From: an uncultured Gammaproteobacteria bacterium
GTDB taxonomy: Bacteria; Patescibacteriota; Microgenomatia; Daviesbacterales; UBA10151
NCBI GenBank assembly: GCA_964393545.1
Contig: CAYMUB010000058.1
Span: 12,297 to 76,296 of the forward strand
Direction of reading: 5' to 3'
DNA: 64,000 nucleotides
Position numbers and translations under genes: made by a program. Numbering within the stretch: the stretch's first letter is position 1; each line of letters begins with the position of its first letter. Positions 50,001 to 58,118 of the stretch are shown in pieces. A model generated the notes under the pieces. It ran no database searches and was not told where the DNA came from. It was given only the letters and a program-made list of their open reading frames with translations.

Positions 50001-50550
50001 AATTTTTAGACTTTAACCCTTTAAAGTATATAAGAAATGCAAGCGGCATAAAACCGTAAAAAAATATCAAGGGATATTGAAATCTGTGTAGTACCGATAT
50101 ATGTGCTATTGGGTTAAAAATATAAAACAAGGCTGATGATAATCTGGATAAAGGAGAATTCTCTTTAATTAAGGAAGCAATTTTATGAACAGAAAGTACT
50201 CCAGCAACAAATATCAACCAAAATAATCCCCCCTGAAGAATATAGCTGGGAACATTCAGTTGCTGAAAGAATGCAACTATCCCATAAAGGGGATAACTTG
50301 GAAATGCAATTGAACCATTACCACCAATAGGCACATCAGCCCAACTACTTTTTAATATTTCAAAAAGTCTTGATGTGTTATAAAAAGGTAAACCTGATTC
50401 ACCAGAACCGAGAATTAATCCTTTTCTAAACCAAATAGCTACAAGCGCAGTTATCAAAAGTATTAAAAAGAATCTTTCTTTAGCTAGTTGGCTTTTAAAA
50501 TTTTTTGACAAGAAATTATTTATATTTACTATACGTAAGAATTCTTTCAT
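47011..50550 (-). CDS. Giant polytopic membrane protein (1179 aa). Its N-terminal GT-C-like TM domain, large extracytoplasmic region and C-terminal TM anchor give it AftD/DUF3367/YfhO-like architecture.
   Basis: FRKGLILGSGESGLPFYNTSRLFEILKSSWADVPIGG is followed by about 14 TM helices, then roughly 700 aa of soluble domain. The protein ends FAFIIISILILVGYF (a TM helix). Confidence 0.5.
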   Translation of the reverse strand: MKEFLRIVNINNFLSKNFKSQLAKERFFLILLITALVAIWFRKGLILGSGESGLPFYNTSRLFEILKSSWADVPIGGNGSIAFPSYPLYGIVAFFQQLNVPSYILQGGLFWLIFVAGVLSVHKIASLIKENSPLSRLSSALFYIFNPIAHISVLHRFQYPLIFFYGFMPLAFLIYFKGLKSKNFIYLVVLSLASLIFSFTFVGPAFLELFFGILGFLSIFVFVSTFKKEKDYFPLFYFLVFAVIFILVNCWWLSPLFASVFVDLGSRGSGKSFNPSDNIATFKGISDQIESVLGVFRLFKPNDYLKDNTSWVWIYGTTPFILLSFFSIIAFIVGLFKREKELLYKFLILVALIVMFWMKGTLAPFGGVTLRIFEWFTFLHVFRNPFEKIGLLLPFAMAIPVGFGIVGIVNALSSKLRFSKKLMAFLILTLAFPVFMFPTVTGLVFTGGGPPANDINIGQYVKVPDYYKDAREWLDKQPGVFRVLVLPIDGEGMTYKWEYGFAGVELSNNLFDQPMISLNTSNGSLPELVDNIKQTLLDYPDKLWNLAQQLNVKYIMVRDDIDYLARDTEAPATDLAKLKEYAAEHFSQVAEFGKLKFFELNPAQFTPKVFARTKLVYLSNSIGKGLNLMPFSNSLGDEIFIVPPESPVGNILENPYLAFADKIIINGTKIEDIKINLNKLIENLPFVSIYRDTPFYALVRLREELENQLQTPDTKMGFRVNLLGKRLAEINHSPEDVSAVNEYYQGIQSIATELISSKSIDRAIVEVLINQSEALEVIKKKTKDSKIIDQIVSDLDSLLIAIRAKSVYPTDKDLIHRFYVPKDSQYEVLITKSKWSYYFENIGISELNLDGNVIKLDILKQKDDGYSFSLGTYQLNKGIHEVSITQPKAKNLITEKLPEELDLSSEDQKPITKIIPIGQLDNNFSYSISFEYLEEKGNIPVIAIHSDVDFIDTKGEKIPRFGIALTRDNYDFGWKKYNATFTPFPASGENYISIKIIPFGDCKGVVQRPYRRYCEDNSFNQRFLKDSSTKIRNLKVEKQFLNQVILREVEADSIKKIPPKIDFEMISPARYKVRVSNAQNPFFLVLSTSFDPKWSAYFTTSDGRSDQMPTKNHLEVNGYSNGWYIEKTGNFEMFLEYSPERVLAIGRKLSFAFIIISILILVGYFTRMQINLKNRSKGL

Positions 50551-51604
50551 CCTTAGCCTCCTTAGAAAGCATTATGGGAGTAATCACTCTTTGAACCCAT
50601 CTTAGATGTTTATAAAAAGCCCATAAAGATAACCTCCCAAATATTTGGTCATGGAGATACTCATCAGAAACAGCTCTAACTTGATTTTGAATTATTTGCC
50701 TTTTCTTAAGTGCTTTAGGAAGATAACCAAGAGACCAAAAAATTGACTTAATCCAACCCTTTAAAGGATCGGGATTACCTTGTATTAAAGTCACTAATCC
50801 TCTAATTGTATAGACAGCGATCAGTTGTGGGAGATAAATTAGAAGATACTTTATACTATAGTTTTGTATAAATAGATTTATCATTTTAGCATATGCAAAT
50901 TCCCATTTAACAGATCCTCTACCCATCTTAAGTGACCAATGATAAATTTTTGCAGAAGGAACTCTTACAACCTTAAAACCTGCAAGCCAAGTTCTCCATA
51001 TCATATCCAAATCATTTATATTCAAATCTATATCAACATCAAACAACCCGGCTTTTTCAAAAACCTCCTTTTTAAATAACGTACCATCTATCCCACTAAA
51101 ACCAACAAAAGGTTTGTTATATTTTTTACTGTCTTTAAAACCATACTCTGGAATATACAAGAATCCCGTTTGTGGCATTAAATACATTCTATAGGTTTGA
51201 ATTCGATCATGTTTGTGATAATCTAGAATTTTTGCAACTACAGCTCCTACAGATTGATCAGGAACTCTTTCAATAAAGTTCACCAATTCATTTAGACAAT
51301 TAGGATCAGTAAACTCATCAGTCATAAAAAATACAATATATTTACCTTTACTTTTCTTTATTCCTAAATTCAATGACTTACCAATACCTAAATGTATTTT
51401 ATTAACAATAATATGCCAATTTTCTTTTCTCGCTGTAATCTGTTTTGCTTTCTCCACACCACTATCAAAAGAAGGATCAAAAACCATAATCACTTCTAAA
51501 TTTGAGTAATGGATATTGCTAATATTTTTGATAAAATTACTAATGAAATATTCTGCTCTATAGGCTGGAATTATTACACTGACCAATGGTGATTTCTTTT
51601 TCAT
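50516..51604 (-). CDS. Glycosyltransferase family 2
   Basis: VSVIIPAYRAEYFI...FFMTDEF and a GT-A fold are present. Confidence 0.75.
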   Translation of the reverse strand: MKKKSPLVSVIIPAYRAEYFISNFIKNISNIHYSNLEVIMVFDPSFDSGVEKAKQITARKENWHIIVNKIHLGIGKSLNLGIKKSKGKYIVFFMTDEFTDPNCLNELVNFIERVPDQSVGAVVAKILDYHKHDRIQTYRMYLMPQTGFLYIPEYGFKDSKKYNKPFVGFSGIDGTLFKKEVFEKAGLFDVDIDLNINDLDMIWRTWLAGFKVVRVPSAKIYHWSLKMGRGSVKWEFAYAKMINLFIQNYSIKYLLIYLPQLIAVYTIRGLVTLIQGNPDPLKGWIKSIFWSLGYLPKALKKRQIIQNQVRAVSDEYLHDQIFGRLSLWAFYKHLRWVQRVITPIMLSKEAKDERILTYSKYK

Positions 51605-52599
51605 TTATTTTTAATATACCAATCAATTGTCTTTTTTAATCCATCAACAAAAGGTGTTCTTGCAATAAATCCAAATTTTTCTTTTGCTTTAGTATTATCA
51701 CTATTTCTCCTTGGACTTCCATCTGGCTTGGAAATATCAAAAATAACTTTTCTTTTCTGTCCGCATATTTTTAAAATTATCTCAATTAACTCCTTAATTG
51801 ATATTTCCTCATCTGTCCCTAAATTAATTGGATCCGGTACGCAAATTTTTTCAATTGCAAGCATTATCCCTTCTGCCGCATCCTCTGCGTATAGAAATGC
51901 CCTGGTTTGATTACCACTTCCCCAAACTACTAAAGGGTTCTCTCCGTCAAAAACCCGTTTTATTAAAGCAGGAATTACATGAGAAAGCTGGGGATCAAAA
52001 TGATCTCTGGGACCGTAGCAATTATAAGGCCTAACTATCCCTATATTCATACCGTATTCCTCCGAATAATATCTTCCCAACAGTTCTCCCATTCTCTTCC
52101 CCCAACCATAACCTCCATTTGTAGGTTCAGGCTCATTTCTAAACCCCTCTGATTCGGGAGTAGGTATAATCGCATCTCTTGGATATACACAAGCAGAAGA
52201 AACTTGTAAAAACCTCTCCACCTTAGCAAGCCTTGCCGCCTCCATCATATTACAAGCAATCAATAAATTCTCCCGCAAAATACTCCCATGATGTGCTCTA
52301 TTATATTCTATACCTCCAACTCTGGCTGCCATATTTATAACAATATTCTGATCCTTGCATGCTATCTGGCAGGTTTTTAAATTCTCGATATTACCATCTA
52401 TTAATTTAATTTTATCTTTAACGCTATTTATATTCTCAAGCTTGTTGGAACGAATATGGTCTAAAACAGTCACTACTGCACCATTTGCTACCAATCTTTC
52501 AGTAACATGGCTTCCAACAAACCCACATCCACCTGTTACCAAAACTTTTTTATTTTGCCAGAAGGAACTTTGTTCATCTTTCAAAAAAACCTTTTTCAT
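51601..52599 (-). CDS. NAD(P)-dependent sugar epimerase/reductase (extended SDR). It resembles GDP-fucose-synthase/CDP-abequose-synthase-type 4-keto-6-deoxy sugar reductases.
   Basis: VLVTGGCGFVGSHV is a Rossmann motif. YNCYGPRDHFDPQLSHVIPALIKRV is close to the Fcl motif NLYGPHDNF..SHVIPAL. Confidence 0.75.
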   Translation of the reverse strand: MKKVFLKDEQSSFWQNKKVLVTGGCGFVGSHVTERLVANGAVVTVLDHIRSNKLENINSVKDKIKLIDGNIENLKTCQIACKDQNIVINMAARVGGIEYNRAHHGSILRENLLIACNMMEAARLAKVERFLQVSSACVYPRDAIIPTPESEGFRNEPEPTNGGYGWGKRMGELLGRYYSEEYGMNIGIVRPYNCYGPRDHFDPQLSHVIPALIKRVFDGENPLVVWGSGNQTRAFLYAEDAAEGIMLAIEKICVPDPINLGTDEEISIKELIEIILKICGQKRKVIFDISKPDGSPRRNSDNTKAKEKFGFIARTPFVDGLKKTIDWYIKNK

Positions 52600-52601
52600 T
52601 T

Positions 52602-53774
52602 TTAACTAAATATTTCAATCAACTCTTTAATTTCGGCTTGTGTTAACTCTGGATTATTCCCAAAATATAAACCTTGTTCGTGTATAATCCTAGCATTTAC
52701 GTTTTCATCAATGCGATTATTTATATATTTTTTGTAGAATGGTTGCAATTCCATATCTCCACCTACAATTGGTCTAATCTCTACTTTATCTTTACATTTC
52801 TCTACTAAATCGTTTCTAATTTTCTGAGATTTACAAATTACTGGTATCGCAAAATTTGAGAGAAAATCTATATGCTGATACTTTAAGGAATAGTATTTAT
52901 TAGTTTTTTTATAAATTGAAGTTGCTATTTTTAAAAAATTATCTCTTCTCCTGGAGAGGATTTCATCCAGATATTGCATTTGTGCATTTCCGATAAATCC
53001 ATTAATTTCTGATGTTCGCAAATTATACCCTAAATCATAGAACGTATAACGAGAGTAAAATGTAGAATTAACATTATGCTTCACCCGAATTTTTAATTGT
53101 TTTTGTTCTGTTAAGTTTCTATCCCATCCATGTGCTCTAACCATCTGAAGCATTATTTCAAGCTCTTCATTATCCGTACAAACTGCCCCACCTTCAATTG
53201 TCGATAAGTGATGACCGACATAAAAAGAAAATGTTGAAGCCATTCCAAAATTTCCAAGCTTACGACCTTTATATTCTGTTCCTAAGGACTCACAATTATC
53301 TTCAATTAATATAATCTTTTTCTTGTCACATATTTTCTTAATTTCATCTATATCATCACAAAATCCCAGCAAATTAGTAAGAAAAAGCATTTTGAGTTGG
53401 TATTTTTCAAGAACCTGAAGCAATTTTTCACTTGAAACGTTTAATGTATCCAGCTCAACATCTACAGGTACTGTACGTAATCCCAGCTGCATAAGTGGCA
53501 TAACATTGGTAGACCAAGTCACAGCAGAAAAACCTACATAGTCATCTTTTTTTAATTTTCCTAAATTGAGAAGTGCCTGAATTATAGCAAGATTAGCTGA
53601 ACTACCACTATTAACCATAACGCAATGTTTTCTTCCTTGCCATTTAGCAAATCCTATTTCAAACTTCTTGCATTCTTTTCCAATGCTTAGCTGATCTGAA
53701 GCCAGAATAAACTTACAAAGCTTTCTTTTTATTTCCTCCTCTTTATAAAATGTTGATTTAACAAGTTGAATCAT
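52602..53774 (-). CDS. DegT/DnrJ/EryC1 family PLP/PMP enzyme, predicted nucleotide-sugar 3-dehydratase (E1/ColD type)
   Basis: The motif FSFYVGHHLSTIEGGAV places His where aminotransferases of this family carry the Schiff-base Lys. That substitution is the hallmark of CDP-4-keto-6-deoxyglucose 3-dehydrase (E1) and of ColD. Confidence 0.75.
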   Translation of the reverse strand: MIQLVKSTFYKEEEIKRKLCKFILASDQLSIGKECKKFEIGFAKWQGRKHCVMVNSGSSANLAIIQALLNLGKLKKDDYVGFSAVTWSTNVMPLMQLGLRTVPVDVELDTLNVSSEKLLQVLEKYQLKMLFLTNLLGFCDDIDEIKKICDKKKIILIEDNCESLGTEYKGRKLGNFGMASTFSFYVGHHLSTIEGGAVCTDNEELEIMLQMVRAHGWDRNLTEQKQLKIRVKHNVNSTFYSRYTFYDLGYNLRTSEINGFIGNAQMQYLDEILSRRRDNFLKIATSIYKKTNKYYSLKYQHIDFLSNFAIPVICKSQKIRNDLVEKCKDKVEIRPIVGGDMELQPFYKKYINNRIDENVNARIIHEQGLYFGNNPELTQAEIKELIEIFS

Positions 53775-53813
53775 TGATATTTTAGGCGGGCCTAACTCCC
53801 TACTATAGCCTAA

Positions 53814-54860
53814 TCACTTCATAAGAACAACTGATGTTTTTTCGGTTCTAAAATATATCTTATAGATGTTGAAAATATTTGTAGAAATCATTATGCTGCC
53901 AAAAATATCTTTATCTCTAGCTTTCCTTAAACTTTGAACTTTTGATCTCTCTTTTAATGTATCTGATAAGAAAAATAAACTCCAAGCAAGTCCTTGCAAA
54001 ACTCCTAAAATTGCTGCAAAGCTTCCTTTTCTAAAAAGTACAGAAACTGCTCCTAAAGTATTAAGGATTAAAGAAAAGGGTAAGTATTTTATCGTATTAG
54101 AAAGCTCATAATTTTTAATTAACATTCTTATAGAGTTTTTACAAAGATGAAAATAAAGTTTATAGTTTAAATTATGTACTTTTGTGTAATGATAAACTTT
54201 CGAATTTGGAGCTAATACAACTCTATAGCCTGCAATCCATATTCTCCAGGAAAAATCTAAATCATCAGTAGTATGCTTAAGTTTTAGATCAAAACCCCCT
54301 ATCTTGCCTGCAACTTCTTTCCTAACAGCCAAAGCTGCTCCTAAAGCAATGATTTCCTCTTCCTTTTCAAATTGCCCATTATCTTTTTCTCCTCTTCCTA
54401 AAGGGATTCCAAAACCTGTGTAGGGATACAATTTCATCCCAATCTCTTGAATAACATCAGTTTTGTCAAAGTCAAAAATTTTGCATTGAACTCCTCCTAT
54501 AGTCTTATCTTTTGAAAAAACTTGAGAAATACCTTGTAACCAGTTCCTATCTACCTTAGTATCATTATCTAAAAATACCAAAATATCTCCCTTTGCTTCT
54601 TTGATAGCCCTATTTCTGCTAAAGGGTACACCTCTATTGACCTCATTTATTAAAATTCTGATTCTAGCATCCTTTTTTGCAAATTCATTAATTATTTCAA
54701 TACTAGAATCTGTTGACTTATTATCTATAAATATAATTTCATAATTCTTTGTGGAGGATTTTAATACTGATGTAATACAAGTCTTTAAATATTTCTCACC
54801 ATTACGATTTGCGATAATTATAGAAATAAGAGGGAGGTTAGTTTTCATATACTTATACAA
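53814..54860 (-). CDS. Glycosyltransferase family 2 with C-terminal TM segments
   Basis: LISIIIANRNGEKYLKTCI...IFIDNKSTDSS...FLDNDT is present. Confidence 0.75.
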   Translation of the reverse strand: MYKYMKTNLPLISIIIANRNGEKYLKTCITSVLKSSTKNYEIIFIDNKSTDSSIEIINEFAKKDARIRILINEVNRGVPFSRNRAIKEAKGDILVFLDNDTKVDRNWLQGISQVFSKDKTIGGVQCKIFDFDKTDVIQEIGMKLYPYTGFGIPLGRGEKDNGQFEKEEEIIALGAALAVRKEVAGKIGGFDLKLKHTTDDLDFSWRIWIAGYRVVLAPNSKVYHYTKVHNLNYKLYFHLCKNSIRMLIKNYELSNTIKYLPFSLILNTLGAVSVLFRKGSFAAILGVLQGLAWSLFFLSDTLKERSKVQSLRKARDKDIFGSIMISTNIFNIYKIYFRTEKTSVVLMK

Positions 54861-54955
54861 ATGTTTTACCTATTCTATAAGATCTTAAACTAATTTATCA
54901 ACCTATCAACTTGACTTATAGAGAAATATTGATTTAGTATTGATAAGATTAAAAT

Positions 54956-55732
54956 ATGAAAGTCATAATACTTTGTGGTGGCATCGGATATAGGCTTAAA
55001 GAAGAAACGGAATTTAAACCAAAACCAATGGTTTCTATCGGTAATCAACCTATTCTATGGCACATAATGAAAATTTATTCACACTTCGGATTTAATGAAT
55101 TTATTATTGCCTTAGGATATAAGGGTGATTATATAAAAGATTATTTTTTAAACCAGAAATATTTCACTGATAATTTTACTCTTAATACCAAAAACGGATT
55201 TGTTAAACTACATAAAAACAATACAGATAATAAAGATGATTTTAAAATTACGTTTGTTGATACAGGACAAGAAACTCTACCTGGTGAACGTATTCTTAGA
55301 GTAAAAGATTTTATACCAGAAACTGATCAAGATTTTATGGTGACATATGGAGATGGTGTATCAGATGTAAATATTGAACAATTAGTTAAATTTCATAAAA
55401 AACATAATCTAGTTGGGACAGTTACAGGTGTTCATCCAAGAAGTAAATACGGACTTTTAACAATAGACAAAAACAATGTTGTACAAAATTTTTTAGAAAA
55501 ACCGGTACTTGAGGAGTGGATTAATGGCGGATTTATGATCTTTAAGAGAGAGTTTTTTTCATACCTTAGAAAAGGGGAGTTTGAACATCCAGCCATTAAA
55601 AGACTTATCAACAATAAGCAGCTTTCTGTTTTTATTCACGATGGATTCTGGCACTCAATGGATTCCTATCCAGATGTTGATAATCTTAATAAACTATGGA
55701 ATGAGGATCCAAAGTGGAAAATCTGGAAATAG
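54956..55732 (+). CDS. rfbF: Glucose-1-phosphate cytidylyltransferase
   Basis: MKVIILCGGIGYRLKEETEFKPKPMVSIGNQPILWHIMKIYSHFGFNEFIIALGYKG matches canonical RfbF/DdhA. Confidence 0.85.
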   Translation: MKVIILCGGIGYRLKEETEFKPKPMVSIGNQPILWHIMKIYSHFGFNEFIIALGYKGDYIKDYFLNQKYFTDNFTLNTKNGFVKLHKNNTDNKDDFKITFVDTGQETLPGERILRVKDFIPETDQDFMVTYGDGVSDVNIEQLVKFHKKHNLVGTVTGVHPRSKYGLLTIDKNNVVQNFLEKPVLEEWINGGFMIFKREFFSYLRKGEFEHPAIKRLINNKQLSVFIHDGFWHSMDSYPDVDNLNKLWNEDPKWKIWK

Positions 55733-56793
55733 AAAAAGAAGATTTATCTTATATTTTAGCCAATGCCAAAGAAGAATTTGAAGTTTTAGCTGGAAATAAA
55801 ATTCTTTTTACAGGAGCTAATGGTTTCTTAGGATATTACTTTATAAAATCGATTCTCTACTGGAATGAAATTAATCCCAATAGAAAAATCACTCTTTATG
55901 CATTAGATACTTTTGAATCGGGTGTACCAAGCTGGTTAAAAAATCCGCAAACAAAAATTCTTAGGAAAGATGTTACAAAATTTAAAATACCTGCAAATAT
56001 AAATCTTGACTATATTATTCATGCAGCTTCTATTGCTTCCCCAATTTTTTATAGACAATTCCCTATAGAAACAATGAAAGCCAATATTCAAGGACTCATA
56101 AATGCGTTGGAATATATGGTTTCTAAAAAAGATACAAAAAATTCGGTTAAAGGACTTTTATTTTTTTCATCGAGTGAGATATATGGAGATCCTACTAAGG
56201 GAAATATCCCCACCCCTGAGACTTATAGGGGAAATGTCTCTTGTACAGGTCCCAGGGCCTGCTACGATGAATCAAAGCGGTTCGGAGAAACACTTTGTGT
56301 TAATTATTCCAGTGTTCACAATCTTCCTATTAAAATTGCCAGACCATTTAATAATTATGGCCCTGGGTTAAAACTCACCGATGGTCGAGTGATCCCTGAT
56401 TTTGCAAAGGATATCTTAGCAAATGACAACATCACTCTCCTCTCACAAGGCTCCCCGACACGAACATTCTGCTATATAACCGATGCTATCGTAGGTTACA
56501 TAAAGATACTAATAAAAGGTAAAAATGGGGAAAGCTATAATATTGGGGTGGAAGAAGAAGAAATTTCTATGACTGATCTGGCAAAGAAAATGAAAGATAT
56601 ATCAGCTAAACTTTTTGAATATAGAGGCGAGGTAGTTATGGAAAAAAGTAAAGATCAAAATTATCTAACCGATAGCCCAAACAGAAGATGTCCTCAAATC
56701 TCAAAAGCCATGAAAGATTTAGAGTATAATCCTAAGGTTTCCTTGGACGAAGGACTTAAAAATACTTTAATTTGGTATAAAGGCAATTTATAA
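55714..56793 (+). CDS. NAD-dependent epimerase/dehydratase (extended SDR). By context it is the likely CDP-glucose 4,6-dehydratase.
   Basis: KILFTGANGFLGYY is the Rossmann motif and the catalytic triad lies in YGDPTK...Y..SK. It is translationally coupled to rfbF. Confidence 0.65.
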   Translation: MENLEIEKEDLSYILANAKEEFEVLAGNKILFTGANGFLGYYFIKSILYWNEINPNRKITLYALDTFESGVPSWLKNPQTKILRKDVTKFKIPANINLDYIIHAASIASPIFYRQFPIETMKANIQGLINALEYMVSKKDTKNSVKGLLFFSSSEIYGDPTKGNIPTPETYRGNVSCTGPRACYDESKRFGETLCVNYSSVHNLPIKIARPFNNYGPGLKLTDGRVIPDFAKDILANDNITLLSQGSPTRTFCYITDAIVGYIKILIKGKNGESYNIGVEEEEISMTDLAKKMKDISAKLFEYRGEVVMEKSKDQNYLTDSPNRRCPQISKAMKDLEYNPKVSLDEGLKNTLIWYKGNL

Positions 56794-58118
56794 TGAAAAT
56801 CTCTATTGTTGGAACAGGATATGTTGGATTAGTTACAGGAATATCTCTTAGTGAGTTAGGTCACGATGTTAATTGTATTGATAGTGACGAAGATAAGGTT
56901 TCAAAGATTAATAAAGGCATTTCTCCATTCTATGAACCAGGACTTGATGAAATACTTAAAAAATCATTAAAGAAAAATTTATCGGCTACAGTTGATTTAG
57001 AAAAAGCAGTTTGCCAATCAGATGTAATAATCATTGCAGTTGGTACCCCGACAATTAACGATAGTATTGATTTATCCTTTATTGAAAAGGCTTCTGAACA
57101 AATTGGCCAAGCCATATCAAAGGCAAAAAAATATCAGATAGTTGCTGTTAAGTCTACTGTTTTACCCGGAGTTAGTGAAAAGGTGGTAAAACCTATTCTT
57201 GAGAAATTCTCAAAGAAAAAAGCAGGAAAGGATTTTGGGCTTTGTATGAATCCGGAGTTTCTAAGAGAAGGCAGCGCTTTAGATGATGCTCTAAACCCTG
57301 ATAGGATTGTTATTGGGCAATTTGACGATAAAAGTGGTAAGGAATTTGCAAAAATTTATTCCAAAGTATCAGCCCCCAAAATATTTACTAATCTTCCCAC
57401 AGCAGAACTCACAAAATATGCTGCCAATGCGCTTTTTGCAACACTTATAAGTTTTTCCAATGAAATTGCCAGAATCTCAGAAAGCATTGGAAAAGTAGAT
57501 GTTCTGGATGTATGGAGTGGTGTGCATCTTGATAGAAGATTAAGTCCCATACAAGGTAATACAAGGATTAAACCAGGAGTATTAAGTTATATCCTTTCTG
57601 GATGTGGCTTTGGAGGAAGCTGTTTTCCAAAAGATATAAAAGCACTAGCTTCTTTTGCCAAGGATCAAGGAGTAGAAAACCCTTTTATTCAAAGTGTCAT
57701 AGACATTAATAATACTCAACCACATAGAGTAACTTTACTTCTTAAAAATGCTCTTGGAGAAAACTTGAAAGACAAAAAAATTGCTATTTTAGGTCTTAGC
57801 TTTAAGCCAAACACAGATGATACTCGTGAATCTCCTGCATTAGCTATCATAAAGGAACTTATATCAGAAGGTGCTAAAGTGATTTTGCATGATCCAATGG
57901 CAAAAAGTGCAAATTATCCTATGGCAAGTAAAGCAAAAGATGCTATAAAAGAAAGCGATGCAGCAGTTGTAGTTACTTCCTGGGAGCAGTATCGTAAACT
58001 GACTCCACAATTTTTCAAAGAAAATATGAAAAAACCTATTGTGATTGATGGAAGAAGAATATATGATAAAAATTCCTTTTTAAAGGCTGGAGTCATATAT
58101 AAAGGTATAGGCCTATGA
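56793..58118 (+). CDS. ugd: UDP-glucose 6-dehydrogenase / nucleotide-sugar dehydrogenase
   Basis: MKISIVGTGYVGLVTG is the NAD-binding motif. GFGGSCFPKDI contains the catalytic Cys motif. Confidence 0.85.
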   Translation: MKISIVGTGYVGLVTGISLSELGHDVNCIDSDEDKVSKINKGISPFYEPGLDEILKKSLKKNLSATVDLEKAVCQSDVIIIAVGTPTINDSIDLSFIEKASEQIGQAISKAKKYQIVAVKSTVLPGVSEKVVKPILEKFSKKKAGKDFGLCMNPEFLREGSALDDALNPDRIVIGQFDDKSGKEFAKIYSKVSAPKIFTNLPTAELTKYAANALFATLISFSNEIARISESIGKVDVLDVWSGVHLDRRLSPIQGNTRIKPGVLSYILSGCGFGGSCFPKDIKALASFAKDQGVENPFIQSVIDINNTQPHRVTLLLKNALGENLKDKKIAILGLSFKPNTDDTRESPALAIIKELISEGAKVILHDPMAKSANYPMASKAKDAIKESDAAVVVTSWEQYRKLTPQFFKENMKKPIVIDGRRIYDKNSFLKAGVIYKGIGL

